Assembly: GCA_964234715.1 (NCBI GenBank)
Contig: OZ174289.1
From: Podarcis melisellensis
Lineage: Eukaryota
DNA length: 64,000 nucleotides
Reading direction: 5' to 3' (one strand)
The translations under genes and the position numbers were made by a program. Positions 24,825-36,935 of this stretch are shown here, piece after piece. Numbering within the stretch: position 1 is the first letter of the stretch; every line of letters starts with the position of its first letter. The notes under the pieces were generated by a model, which was not told where the DNA came from, ran no database searches, and saw only the letters and a program-made list of their open reading frames with translations.

Positions 24825-25047
24825 ACCTACTTGTGAGAATTAGAATAAAATAAAATAAAATAAAATAAATAAAATTAACCAATTTAGTTAAAAGTAAATT
24901 AAATTAAATTTAAAGAATTAAATTAAATCAAAGTAATGAAATCGCCAGGAAGCAAAATGCGATAACACGAATAAGCTGGAAATAAAATTCAAAGCAACAA
25001 CAAAAAATATTAAAATGTTTGAGAATGTGAGGTTATAGCCAAGGCAG

Positions 25048-25164
25048 CCAGCAGGGGGTGCCAGCCAGCCCAAAATCCAAGCAGGGTGCAACGCTGCCCT
25101 GAGCCACCAGGGGGAGCCTGCCCACACCAAGCTGCAATAGCTCCCTCCTGCCGCTAGAGGGCGA
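25048..25164 (+). promoter_or_regulatory. Three tandem CTCF-like motifs
   Basis: CCAGCAGGGGGTGC (25048), CCACCAGGGGGAGC (25104), CCGCTAGAGGGCGA (25151). The last two are preceded by TGCAA 17-18 bp upstream. Confidence 0.6.
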
Positions 25165-25249
25165 CAGCCAAAGGAAATAACCAGGATGACTCAGGGCTAA
25201 ATGAATAAAATGGAGGGCCCCCAGTGAATTATGGAGCAATTTAATACAG

Positions 25250-25950
25250 CCACCCAGGCCGAGGGCTGCAGGCCCGCGTAGGCCGCGAAAGGCTGCCGCG
25301 TCCTGCAGGCAACGCCTACTCCTCCAAAATACCCCCGCGCAAGGGGGGAAGGCCCTTGGAGCGCGAAATAAATTTTTTAGGGGCAGGGGATGGTGGGAGG
25401 ATGGCGGAAACCCCCCCCAACGGGGAGCCCGCGACCGCCGGGCCCAAGGCGGAGCCGCCGCCTGCCCGCGGCCGCTAATCCCCGATTCCAAAGGAAGCCC
25501 AGGCACCAAACAGTAAGGCGGACGGGGGGGCGCTGCGGCAGCGCCGCCGGCCACCGACGCGAGGCCTCAGCTCCTCACCCGGGTAGGCTCTGCTTGGTGA
25601 AGCAGGCCGATGGGGAGAGAGCGCCTCCCCGCCGCCCAGGCCACCGGCAGATGGGGGGGCTCGGCCGCGCCCCGCTACGGCCGCGTCCGCGGCTAGGCCC
25701 CGCCTGGGAGAAGCGTGCCGGTGAGGAGGGGGCGCCTCCCTGCCGCCCGGGCCGCCGGCGGATGGGGGGGGGCTCGGCCGCGCTCCGCTACGGCAGCGCT
25801 GCCGGCCACCGGCACAAGGCCTCTGCCCTTCCCCCGTCTAGGATCCGCCTGAGAAGCGGGCCGCCGAAAAGCGGGGAGGGGAAAAAAAAACGAACCGGGG
25901 GGGCGAAGCCTCCCCTGGCTGGGGGGGGTATCCCACCCTCAGCCAAACAC
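25250..25950. other. CpG-island-like GC-rich 5' leader of the retrotransposon with imperfect internal duplications
   Basis: Very high GC/CpG. Imperfect repeats 25621~25733 (gcgcctccc...gctacgg) and 25537~25791 (ggcagcgc..gccggccaccg). Confidence 0.75.
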
Positions 25951-26117
25951 CGGGACCAAACCAACACAAATAAACAAGGAAGGAAGATAAAGGTAATGGG
26001 AATTGCAGAATGGAAGAAGGGAAGGGAAGGAGAAGCTGAACGGGGGAAAAGGAAAAGGGGTAGAAATTAAGATATTCAGATTAAGGTCAATACAACCGTC
26101 TCCAAATAGCAGCTCCT

Positions 26118-26329
26118 TGATCCGATGCAAAACGGCCAAGAAGGACGTCCCTACGTCCGGCTCATCTATTTATATCTTCTGACTCCACCTACAAATTGGT
26201 AACTATCAAATTCCCCCAGCAACCCAATTAACCCTTAAGACCAGGGTTGCTGCTAATTTGCCTAGTCATAGGAGGTCGGCCTGTTCCCCAACCGCAACAC
26301 GTGCTCTCTGCTAGGGAGAACACGCTTTG
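26118..26329 (-). repeat. Split direct repeat A1 (212 bp, 5' terminus)
   Basis: Identical by eye to 19176-19387. Confidence 0.95.
26167..26199 (-). promoter_or_regulatory. Putative Pol II promoter in A1 (CCAAT + TATAAATA)
   Basis: On the element strand: CCAAT at 26199-26195 and TATAAATA at 26174-26167, followed by a pyrimidine-rich Inr-like CCTTCTT about 25-30 nt downstream. Confidence 0.6.
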
Positions 26330-29300
26330 TGTGTTTGTATTGCACTGAGACATATCACCAATGTCATATCTGCTGTCAGCCCCAAAGCCTTACTTTTCAG
26401 CTCTTGTTAAACATTTGCAAGCCATCACATCCCCTCTCCATCTCAACACATACCGGTATCTGTTTCTGACTAGCCTTTTCATAACTCTTCCACTCCTAAG
26501 TCCTTTCCAGTTTTGTTAGCATTCTCCCTAGACCACAACAAACAGGACTAAGCTCAGTAATCTAGATGTGGCTGTGCCAGTGGAATTTATCCCTTTGCTG
26601 CCGATTCAACAACTGGGCGTCAATTTTATTATAATGTTTGTTTAGGATTTTATTTTTAATTGCATATGCTTTTACATCATGTTTAAGCAATCTCATGGCT
26701 CTCATGGGTAGAAATATGGATGCAAATGGCTTCAATAAATAAATGACATCTAGTACTGCCTGCAAGTCATAACACCAGTCAGTGCCTGCCTCCAACCACT
26801 CCCCTCATTATATATATTTCATTGTTTTAAATGCTATAGTTTCTGAGAAAAAGCTGCGGACACTCTAGCTGCAAGCAGTAAATCATCCAGTCCTTTTCTC
26901 CTGGATGTGTGCTGAGGAAGGGAAGCTGATGATGAATGGGGCTGTCCGTATTTACATTGAGAGCGAAACAGCTGTGAGAATCTCCCCGCACCACGAGTAT
27001 CCCTTGCAAACACCCCCCTTTCTTTCCCTCTCCGCTACTGCTTGCTGACAGTGATGGATTGTCTACTTCTGTGCAGATATACCCAGTTGCATAAACTCCC
27101 TACCAATGCTTGATATGATTGGGAACAAATTCCATTCCTTCTGGGTGCCATGGAATTCTTTTAGAAGATACTGGTATATGCCATGGCTTGGGCAACAAAG
27201 GCTAGAACATAGGAAGCTGCTTTATACTAAGTCAGACAACTGGTCCACCTAGCTTTGTATTGCCTGCACTGACTGGCAGGGTTACAGGCAGGGGACACTG
27301 CCAGCCCTACTTTAAGATGCCAGGGATGGAACCTGAGACCTTCTTGCAAAACAAACACTCTACCACCAAGCCATCGCTGCTCCCCTAACTAAGATTCTGA
27401 TCCTCATGGTTCTGAATAAAGGACTGATTGAAATAAAAACATACGACAGAGGTGCCAAATACCGTCAGACCATTTTCATCTAGCCCAATATTTTCTGCAA
27501 TAATTGGCAGTGGCTCCCCATGATTTCAAACATGGGACATCCTTAGCTCTGCCTGGAGATTCTGTGAATTGAAGCTGGGACCTTCTGCACTCAAAGCAGG
27601 TGCTCCACCACTGAGCTATGGCCCTTCCCTAAGACAAATATGGCAACCCTAACATAGAGCAGTCAAGTCCAACATTCCTTGTTTTCCTAGAATGGATGCA
27701 CAGAGGAATGTGGCTCCAAACTTCCTGTCATACCTGTTGGGAGCCACCTCTCCCTGAGTGTGACCAGGTAGCTGGGCATGACTCAAGTAAAGCCTTAATA
27801 AAAGGGTTGTGCACACAGTCATCTTCCTCGCTTGCTCTCTTGCTCCTTTTGGATATATTGATCCTGCTGTTCATATGCAGCCTCATCCATAACAAAGGAT
27901 GTAGGCAGGGGCGTAGGAACAATAACAAAAAATAACAATACACAAAACACAAAAACGCGCATGCAAAAAACCCCCACAAATCCAATTCTTACAAGTTAAT
28001 AATATAAACACTAAAAAGAAAAACGAACATTGACTTCCACCAATCCCACAGCACCTCCTTTACCTCTCATTGTATCTTCCTGTATTCCTTATCATCTCTA
28101 TCCTAACATCTAGATATAAATCCCTCTTTCTTATCCTTTCACTTCACAAGGTTCTTCCAGACTCAGCCAGATTTAAAAAGATTGCCTTATCTTATTATTA
28201 TTTTCAGCGGGAAATAAAAGGGAAATTACCAGGAAGAACCCATAATTACCAGGAAGAATCCCGGATTGCTTAATTAGAAGGTTGACACAAGCCATCAAGA
28301 GTTTCCTGCTACTATTTGCTGCAAGGAATGTGCTCTGCTCTATGTGCTTACTAACATGAATGAGGAAGGGTTATATATAATTAATAGATCTCTAATCTTC
28401 CTCAACATTCCTACAAGATCCCCTTTAATCAGCTTGATTCAATTTGAAAATATAGCTTTAATTGAATCTGGGCCACAGCCCTAATATTCATGGTTCTTGC
28501 CCTCCCTGTTCATCACACTATGCACTCTTCCATGTATCCCAAAGGAAGGTTGTATATAAATGGATTGGTGGATGGATTGAAAGAATGGCTGCTAAGTGTA
28601 TAACAGTACCCCAACTCTATCAGATGTAGGGCTTAATCTCTTTTACTGTGTGTATTTTAAAGCCCACCCTCCCTCTAAATGGGGTTTTGAGCACTAATTA
28701 CATCAAAGGCAAGAAGGGGATTTAACAAGGTCACCTTAGCCAACAAGTATGTGGGGGGAGGGAAAGCAGAGATAGCACTGGCTCTGATCAGAGTCATGGG
28801 AAGCTAGGAGAAGGCCCTAGCAAGTTTTGATAACCCAAACATGGTTAGGATAGAATCTGCAACCCCCTCAAAGAGGATCAAATATCCCATCAGTTAGGAC
28901 ATTTTATATCCTTCTGAGGAGAGAATTGGGTGAGATGCTTGAAGTCAATCAACCCTACCAACCTCAATTTCATGACTGTCTTTGGGGGTGCTTGAACATT
29001 CTTGACATCTCTAAGTCTTCTCCTCTGCCTTCAGAATTCAACCTTCCTTGCTTCTGTTGTCACTGTTTCTTTGAAAATACAATCTCCTGCGCTCCTCCAT
29101 CATTCCTCTCTCTTCATTGTTTCCCTTCTTGTCTCCATTCTTTCTCCATTTCATGAAACCGTTGACATCTTGTTTACCTCTGATGTCGAAATAAAGAAAT
29201 TTCATTTCTGAAGCACATTTTCTTCTGCTGTCAATGTAGCTGGGGAGGTGGGGGAAACAAGATATGATGCTTCAAAGGCACCAATCAACTTAAAAACAGC

Positions 29301-32300
29301 AACAAAAACTAGACAAAAGGAAGTTCAAAGTAGATGCCTCCTCCCTTCTTCTAGCAAATATGAGACTGCTATGCCAGTTTCATGATTGCCAGGCTGTTTA
29401 GCTTAGTAAAAGCATCTCCAGCAAATCTTAGAGCTCGTATTCCATACACAAAGAAAAAATGCATTTACATTATGTCCCAAATAGCTGACAGACTATTTCA
29501 TATAGACCTAGCCAGAAGTTAATATTATAGAGGGGATTCTTTTTGTAGTTCAGCGCCCTCCAAAGTTTTTTGGAGAAGTGGAAGCCTGGGAGAGGCCATT
29601 TTCTGTGTAAGCCCCTAAGCTTTGGGATGCTCACCTCACAGATGCGTGTCTGCCACCTTCATTATACAACTTTCATCATATGCTGAAGACTGCCTTTGCA
29701 CCCTTGCCATGGAAGAGAGATATCCCTCCCTAGCCTTCTGATTTAAAACTGTTCTAACTAATTTTAGTTTTGCATTTTTATATTGCTGAACCTTCCCTGT
29801 GTCCTTACGGTGAAGGGCAGGTAAGAAATGCACAGCCCTTATATATGCCACATTGACCTCCTGAGGAAAGGTGGGGTATAAATGAATGCATTCATGTATA
29901 AATGAACAAATAAATGCAAAAATTACTACTGGGAGTGTAAAAGGAGTCCTGCTAGATCAGACCTAAGGCCAATCTCTTTCAATGGGCCTAAGGCTTGTGG
30001 ATTACAAACAAAACTATACACTCTTACATCATATTCCATTGCATTCCTCTCTCTCCTACTGTTCCATTCCAGCCCCTCGTGTTTTCCTCCTGAGTGTCTC
30101 CTCCTCTTCCTCCTTCATGTGTGTACATCATCAAACCTTGGGGTGCTCCTGACCTGGTGACAGCTCGCTTTTATGGGTAGATGGTGTTTCGTTGGCTGCA
30201 TAAGGATTGGCACTCAGAGAATTGTGTTTCCTATTAGTGGTGATGGTGATGAGAGGATGAAGCTAAGTGGCCTTTTTTAGGGTCAGACATGCTTCTCTTG
30301 AAGTGTAACACTGACATCTTTTCCAACAGTACACCGACCCCAACCCTCATTTCTGAATGGAGACAGAAGGAATAAATGAAAACCCAAGGGATGGGATGGC
30401 ATCACCCTTTGAAGTTTCCTCTCTTTTCTCCTTTTGCCTTGCTGAGTGATCAAGGAGCCCTCTCTCTCTTTCCTTTCCCCTTTCCAGTCACACACAAACA
30501 TTTCCTGGGTTAATTCTCTCCTTGCTGAGACTGGAAATTAGATAGATCGGAGATTTATAGGTAGTGAAAACAACAACAACAATATACTCCTATCAAGGAT
30601 TCAAATGATTAAATATCACACCCAGGAAATACTTTTAACTTCACTTACAGTACAATCCCAGTACAGTACAGTCAGTTCAGTACAATCTCACTTACACACC
30701 AAGGCAAGCAACAGAAAATCAACCTGTGTAATAAGGATCTGGAGAGGGAAGGAGGGTGAGGGCAATCGGGGTGGGGAGAGATAGAGATGAGGAAAAAAGA
30801 TGGAAGGGACAAAGAGAGAAATGAAGAGATAACCTAGAAAGAGAAGTGACCCCCCCTCCCCAGTTGCAGCTTGAAAGACTATTAAGACCATCTCAATGCA
30901 TTGATGGGAATTAATTGTCTTTGGGCACACACATTTTGGGCTGCTGGTTCTCCAAGAAAGAAATCCTAGGCAGATGTGAACAGCCAATAAAGGGTCAGTA
31001 TGTGTAACAAACTTTACGTCAGGGATGGAGAAGCTGTGGTTCTCTGTTTCTGTTTGGATAAAAACTCTCATCAGTCCCAGCCAGCATGACCAATGTCAGG
31101 GATGATGGGTGCTGATATCCAATGGTATCTGAGGAATCAATTCCCCCTCAGTGGACCAGTCTCCATTGTACAGACAACTAACTAAAATACTGAGATTTAT
31201 ACCTGGACAATGCTGCTTGCTATTTTCTAGGTCTGTGAACACTCCTCTAACCAGAGGAACACTTGACCAGCATCCAGCACTGAATCAATTCAGGGACGAA
31301 TTAGGAATTTTAAAAGCATGTACAGTTGTGAGGGGAGAAGAATCTGTGTCTTCTTCCCTGCTTCCAACTACACTGGAAGGTTGCCCAGATGGGAATGTGA
31401 CTCTCAGGCTAAAAAATGTTCCCTAGTCCTGCACTATCATAATCACTCAAGAAAGTCAAGGTTTCTCAGCATGCCAGCCTCTCCTCACCACACGAAGCCA
31501 CGTGTTCTAATCTAAATTTCCTCTAAAGAAACTACTCTTGGTAATGGTGGTTACAGACAGTCTCAGTGGCTTTCATTATGAAGTTTGATGCTGCATAAAA
31601 TCACCATTGTATAAGACAAGAGAAAAACAGGTGTATAAATAATTCATGGAAGCAAGGAGCAGGGCATAATAGAGGGCCCCATTCCTTCTCCTTCCCCATC
31701 TCTCCATCCCTCTCGTTAACATGGGGCAGCATGTGCCACAATTAAGATCTAGAGTCGAAGCCCATACATCAGGCTTGCTAACTTTACCTCCACAAAGACA
31801 CTTGACAGAAAAATGCTGCTCACTTTTCACCTCCTGCACAGCACCTTGCCAAGGCAACTACCCAATCGTGGTCAAATTGGCACTGCATTATTAACAGTAC
31901 ATTTGCATGCTGTCTTATGCCTCCTGGAAGCAGCCCAATCCAGAGCAACTCCTGTGAGAAAAGTGTTGGAAAGCAAGACTGTACAGATGAGGGATGGGAA
32001 CTTCTGGGGGTTGAATGCAACCTTCTAGGCCTCTTTATCTGGTCACAATAATTCTTCCAGGCCACACATCCTCCCCAGTCACATCCCATACTAGCTCTGA
32101 GTCATACTTTGAGTGCTTTTACCTGGCTGGAACAACTCATTCAGCTCTGATGTTTGAATGGAGGAGAAAGAAGGGTACATGTGTGTGTAGATACTAGTCA
32201 ACTGTATAAAAGCTAAATGTTATGCTAGTTGTTCTGCCCACCTTTGCTTCTGACTCTCTGGAGCATTATCCAGAAGAGAACGTGTCCCTCAGGGTGAAAA

Positions 32301-35300
32301 AAAGGGATCCATACAGCAGGTGTAGCAGCTGCAGAGATGCAAACACATGCATGACTTGGAAGCATAACCTTAAGCAAGCCTACCCTTCATAACAGCTACC
32401 TAGTTTTACATGCCCAGGATGTTCTGTGCAGCCTACAAAAATAGCCCCGCAATCTTATTTCCCACCTTGGCTTGCTTGGTCTTCTGTCACGTGAAGCTTC
32501 TTGCAGGTTCTTTCACATGTGATTTTGGCTATGCATGTGCACTGTTAATACAGCCTTTTATTCTTATAGGAGCTGCTCAAATAAGGTGTGGCTATTATTT
32601 GTAATTTTCTGATAGATTAAAAAAAAATACCCTACTCTCTCCAAGTAAAAACCTATTGTAGAAGACAGTGGGAATAGGCTAGCACCTGCATCTGAGAAGC
32701 ACTAGGGCAAGGGGTGCCAGCCCTTTTAGGCTTCTGGGTACATCTGGAATGTTGAGAAATTGTTGTAGGCACCATTGGAGTGTTGTATAACAAAAATGAT
32801 TGCCTCATGCAAAATAGTTTTTCATTAAAAAAACCAAAACCAAACAGCAGAGAAGCTCAATATAGTGGAGGCGGGTTTTCCATCAGTCCCACATCAATGG
32901 GAAAAGGCACCTACTCAGCCACCACTGTATTCACTCACAGAGAGAGTCTCCTAGCAGCTCCTCTGTTCAGAATGGATGGGAGGGTGGGGTCTAGTCCTGA
33001 CATCCAATGAAATGTGGGCATGATTAAGAGGACATGCTCAATATAGGAAAAGTGAGGTCAGTGCAAACAGGAACTGAGCAGGAATAGCAAGCATTATATT
33101 GTGCACAATACATTTAAAGTCCCTTCATACTATTATATCTTGAGAACCATAGTTTGTTAAAGATGGTGAGATTCATTAGGATACCCCCTATTCCCCTCAC
33201 AGCTACAATTCCCAGGGGTCTCATAACAGTTCTCAGCACGCTTAGCAAAATACAGCTCCCAGTGTCCTGACCCTCACTGCTGGATAAATAACTCAAGCTC
33301 AGGTTTCAGTTTCTGCCAAAATCTTTACTGTGTAGACATAGTGGTATATAGGCTAGGAGAGGGTTAAAGGTTCAGCAGGTGAACTACATGGCTGAGAGCA
33401 AACTGATACATTTATCCAACAAGTGGCATGCCCCTGCCACTTCCTTTGGGAGAGTAGTGTGGGCATGGGCATCTCAGGACTGGGCAAGCAAATGGGCACT
33501 CCCGTGAGTGAGTTGGACCTCTGAGGTTTCTTCGCACTGGTATCTTCATGTCATTGGAGACAGAGGTGGAGTATTTGCTGGCTCAGTATCCAACTTACTA
33601 TCAGGCAGTTCCCCAGAAGGAGGAAGTTCCTTATTGACAGGAGGGGAAGGAAGCAGTGCTTGACTAGAAGCATCCAATAACAAAGAGCATCCAATAACAA
33701 ATAACATCTCTTTGTCAACCCACTTTGACCCTTCCTGGTATCCAGCTCCTGACTCTCTTGAATACTGGCCCCCTCTCCCAACTCAGATGTTTCTTGGGAC
33801 TCTAATTTTGACTCGTCCATCCCACTATAACCTTCCCTTGGGTTGTCTCACTCCAACTCCCTAACCCCCTGTCACTCGTCCTCAGGATGTGACCATCCAC
33901 TCCATGGCATCTCCATGGGGCTTCTGACACCCATGACCCTTTGGGGGAAATCCAGGACTGTTTATCGTCACATGATACTGCTTTAGATGCATTGTGTAGC
34001 TGGGGCCTAACTGCTATCTTGAGTTAGTGGGCCTGCCATCCATCCCTGCAAGGGCCCACCTCTTCCCAAGCTTCCGAGTATCTCCATCTCCCGACTATGA
34101 CAAGAAGCATTGTACAGGAATTGACAATATCTTTTAGCCCCAAGATCACAGCTTGCTACTAATTACAGAAATAAATAACCAGTGACTCAAGCCATCTGTT
34201 CATTACTTGGCAGTGTGTCGGCTTCTCCATAAAATTTCTGCCACCTGCACAAGGCCCTCTGAGAGACGGTCACTCTGCCCTCTAAATTCACAGATGTGTC
34301 ATACAAGCACCGTCTGCAGGGGCAGCCCCAGGAGCTCTTTCCCCGTTCATCCCTCTCATTTCTCCATCCCAGTGGGGAAATAATTAATGCAGTCAATTTA
34401 CTTTCATTTGTTATTCAGGTTGAAGGGGGAAATGGCAGATAGGAAAATGGTTATTACAGAACATGACTTTATGCTCTCATATTACCAATTTGGATTGGTA
34501 TACTGCATCCAAACAATGCATCTAAAGTCATCCAGCCCCCCTCCTCTTCCACCTGCCCTTTATCCTTAAGACCCTGACTCCTCTACCCTCCTCTGGGTGT
34601 GGGGAAGAGGGCATGGTCTGGGGAGGAGTCATGGACTGGGGAGAGTCCTGGGGAATGAATCAAAGCACTTAAAAGAGTTGCTTTTGGCTCCCGAATGTGA
34701 AATTTCCCACCTCTGCTTTAAATCTAAGTTTTGTTGGCCACCATCACACTTTCATCCAGCTCTGATCTTACTTCCTGTTAGGATGGCCCTGTCTGGTTCT
34801 ACTTTTTTTTCTTTCCTCCTCTCTTTGAAGGTGTCTTCCAAGTCCACTTTGAAGATAAAGAATCATTGGACCTTGATGTTGTCCATGTGTAGTCATCATC
34901 TAGCATATAGCAGGATGAGCAGGCAAGCAGGTCACCTGATAACAGGCTTCCCAACTATGGTGAGCTGCATTGCAATTTTATTTAAATTGCACTAATTAAT
35001 TCTAAAATTTCTAATGGCAAGCAGAGCCAACTACTTCTAATTTTCTCCCCATCTTCCCCCCTGCTGAGTTCTATAAGGGCAACACTGAGAGGAGGAGGAA
35101 ACTGACAACCAGTGACACCCTGTGGCCTGGTTGTAAATAAGAAAGGCAGGTGGAGGCTGGCTGAGGACAGACTGAAGTTGGAGGGGGAGTGTCCCACTGG
35201 TTCATCTTCCACTGATTTATTGACTTGCAGGCTCACCTGGAAATATGGCTCACCTACCTAGAGACAAAGGCTGGCTCAAAATCTGGGTGGAAATTTGACC

Positions 35301-36388
35301 CCAGTGCTGACCCACAAGGATCTATCACTGGGTGTCCTCCTCTAGCTCTTTCCCACCATCAGAAAGAACCAGGCTGTTTCAAGAGAGATTTGATGCCCTG
35401 GGTTGCCTCATCATTTCCCTATCTAGTTTTTAATGAAAAGAAATTGGATTTATGACCAGTTAAAGAACCAGGCATGGTGGGGAGATCTCTAATGAGGGGA
35501 GAGAGAGAGAGAGAGAGCCCTGCAGCAGAGATGGTTTGTTCAGTGGCACTAACTAAAATATTTACTAATGAGAAGAAGTAAAGTAATTTAAGGATTTAAA
35601 ATACTTGTGTTGCCATCCCCCCATGCCTTGTTGCCCCCCACTTCCCCTCTGCCTGCTGACTTCCCCTTTCATTGTGCATTTCAATATTTGACTATCTTTG
35701 TGGAGAGAGATTTATTTTGAGTGTCTACAATTTGTTTTAGCGTGTGGCTAAAGAAAATAGTCTCATTATTGCTCTAAAGACCTCCAAATATTTTGCAGCT
35801 TAAGCTAAAAGTCAAATGTATTGGAATCAAGGTTGTGGGAGTAATAATCTTGTTTAAATTCATCAGTATGCCTGCAAGCAAATGAGAAGGTTTATGCAAG
35901 GGAGAGGTGTGTGTTTTGTTTTTTTAAGAATACAAAGATTGTTCCCTCACTGCATGTAAAAACAAACAAACACTTCCTTGCCTATGAATAGCCAGAATGA
36001 CTGAGAAAGGAATTCTTCCAGGGGTCATTGTTAGAGAATGGCACAGTGGCCTGAACCTCAGATCTTTTATCCTTTTCCTTGCTTAAAACACACAAACACA
36101 CACTTCCTTTTTACTTTTCTTACAGGGCAGTTGGGCACACTGCAAAGTGAGGTAATGCAGGCACTGTCTTGATTTGAACATAGGCATCTCTACATGAGGA
36201 ATGAGGGAGAAATTTGATTCAGTTTGTATTGAAAGGTGAACCAGCCTCATTGGTGTTTTCCAAAATTCTCACATCTCTGAATTTTGCAATTTTTGAAAAC
36301 TCTCCAGCCAACCAATGTTTACAAAAAACACATATATTCACGTTTGCTCCATCTTCCATGGGACAACCTTCTAGATATTTGAAGATGG

Positions 36389-36669
36389 CTATCATATCTG
36401 GAAGGACAGATCCTGAAGCTGAGGCTCCAATATTTTGGCCACCTCACAAGAAGAGAAAACTCCCTGGAAAAGACCCTGATGTTGGGAAAGATTGAGAGCA
36501 CAAGGAGAAGGGGATGACAGAGGACAAGATGGTTGGACAGTTCTCGAAGCTACCAGCATGAGTTTGACCAAACTGCAGGAGGCAGTGGAAGACAGGAGTG
36601 CCTGGTGTGCTCTGGTCCATGGGGTCACGAAGAGTCGGACTTGACTAAACGACTAAACAACAACAACAA
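36389..36669 (+). mobile_element. Bov-B (RTE) LINE 3' end
   Basis: LKLRLQYFGH..R.NSLEKTLMLGKIE; (CAA)n tail. Confidence 0.9.
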
Positions 36670-36935
36670 ATCATATCTCTTCTCAGTCCCCTCTTTCCTA
36701 GGCTAAACATACTCAGTTCCCTCAAATGTTCCTCATAAGGCTTGGTTTCCAGACCCTTGATCATCTTGGTTGTTCTCCTCTGCACATGTTCCAGCTTGTC
36801 AACATCCTTCTCAAACTGTGGTGCCCAGAACTGGACACAGTATTCAAGGTGTGGTCTGAACAAGGCAGAACAGAGTGGTACTATTTCTTCCATTTACCTG
36901 AACACTATACTGCTGTTGATGCAGCCTAGAATAGC
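36670..36935 (-). mobile_element. CR1 LINE ORF2 fragment
   Basis: [42 protein letters not shown], typical CR1 C-terminus. Confidence 0.9.

Larger units (their letters stand above)
18567..26329 (-). mobile_element. Ngaro-type (DIRS order) tyrosine-recombinase retrotransposon, apparently full length
   Basis: Gag, RT/RNase H, YR and hydrolase ORFs on - strand. Split direct repeats in order A1...B1-A2-spacer-B2. TTG trinucleotide at both ends and at the B1/A2 junction. No methyltransferase ORF and no inverted terminal repeats, so not DIRS1-type. Confidence 0.93.

Noticed and set aside
25390-26070. 226-aa + strand ORF (and 173-aa - strand ORF 25033-25554) in the element leader
   Set aside because: Low-complexity Arg/Gly/Pro/Ala translation of very GC-rich, stop-poor sequence; no domain motifs.
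26926-26975. CTGATGA...CGAAAC hammerhead-like boxes
   Set aside because: The sequence between the boxes cannot form stem II, and no stem I/III pairing is evident.
33262-33972. Possible reverse-oriented solo LTRs (also ~23-340 and ~2828-3276)
   Set aside because: TG...CA-like ends and composition are suggestive, but I could not establish TSDs or boundaries.
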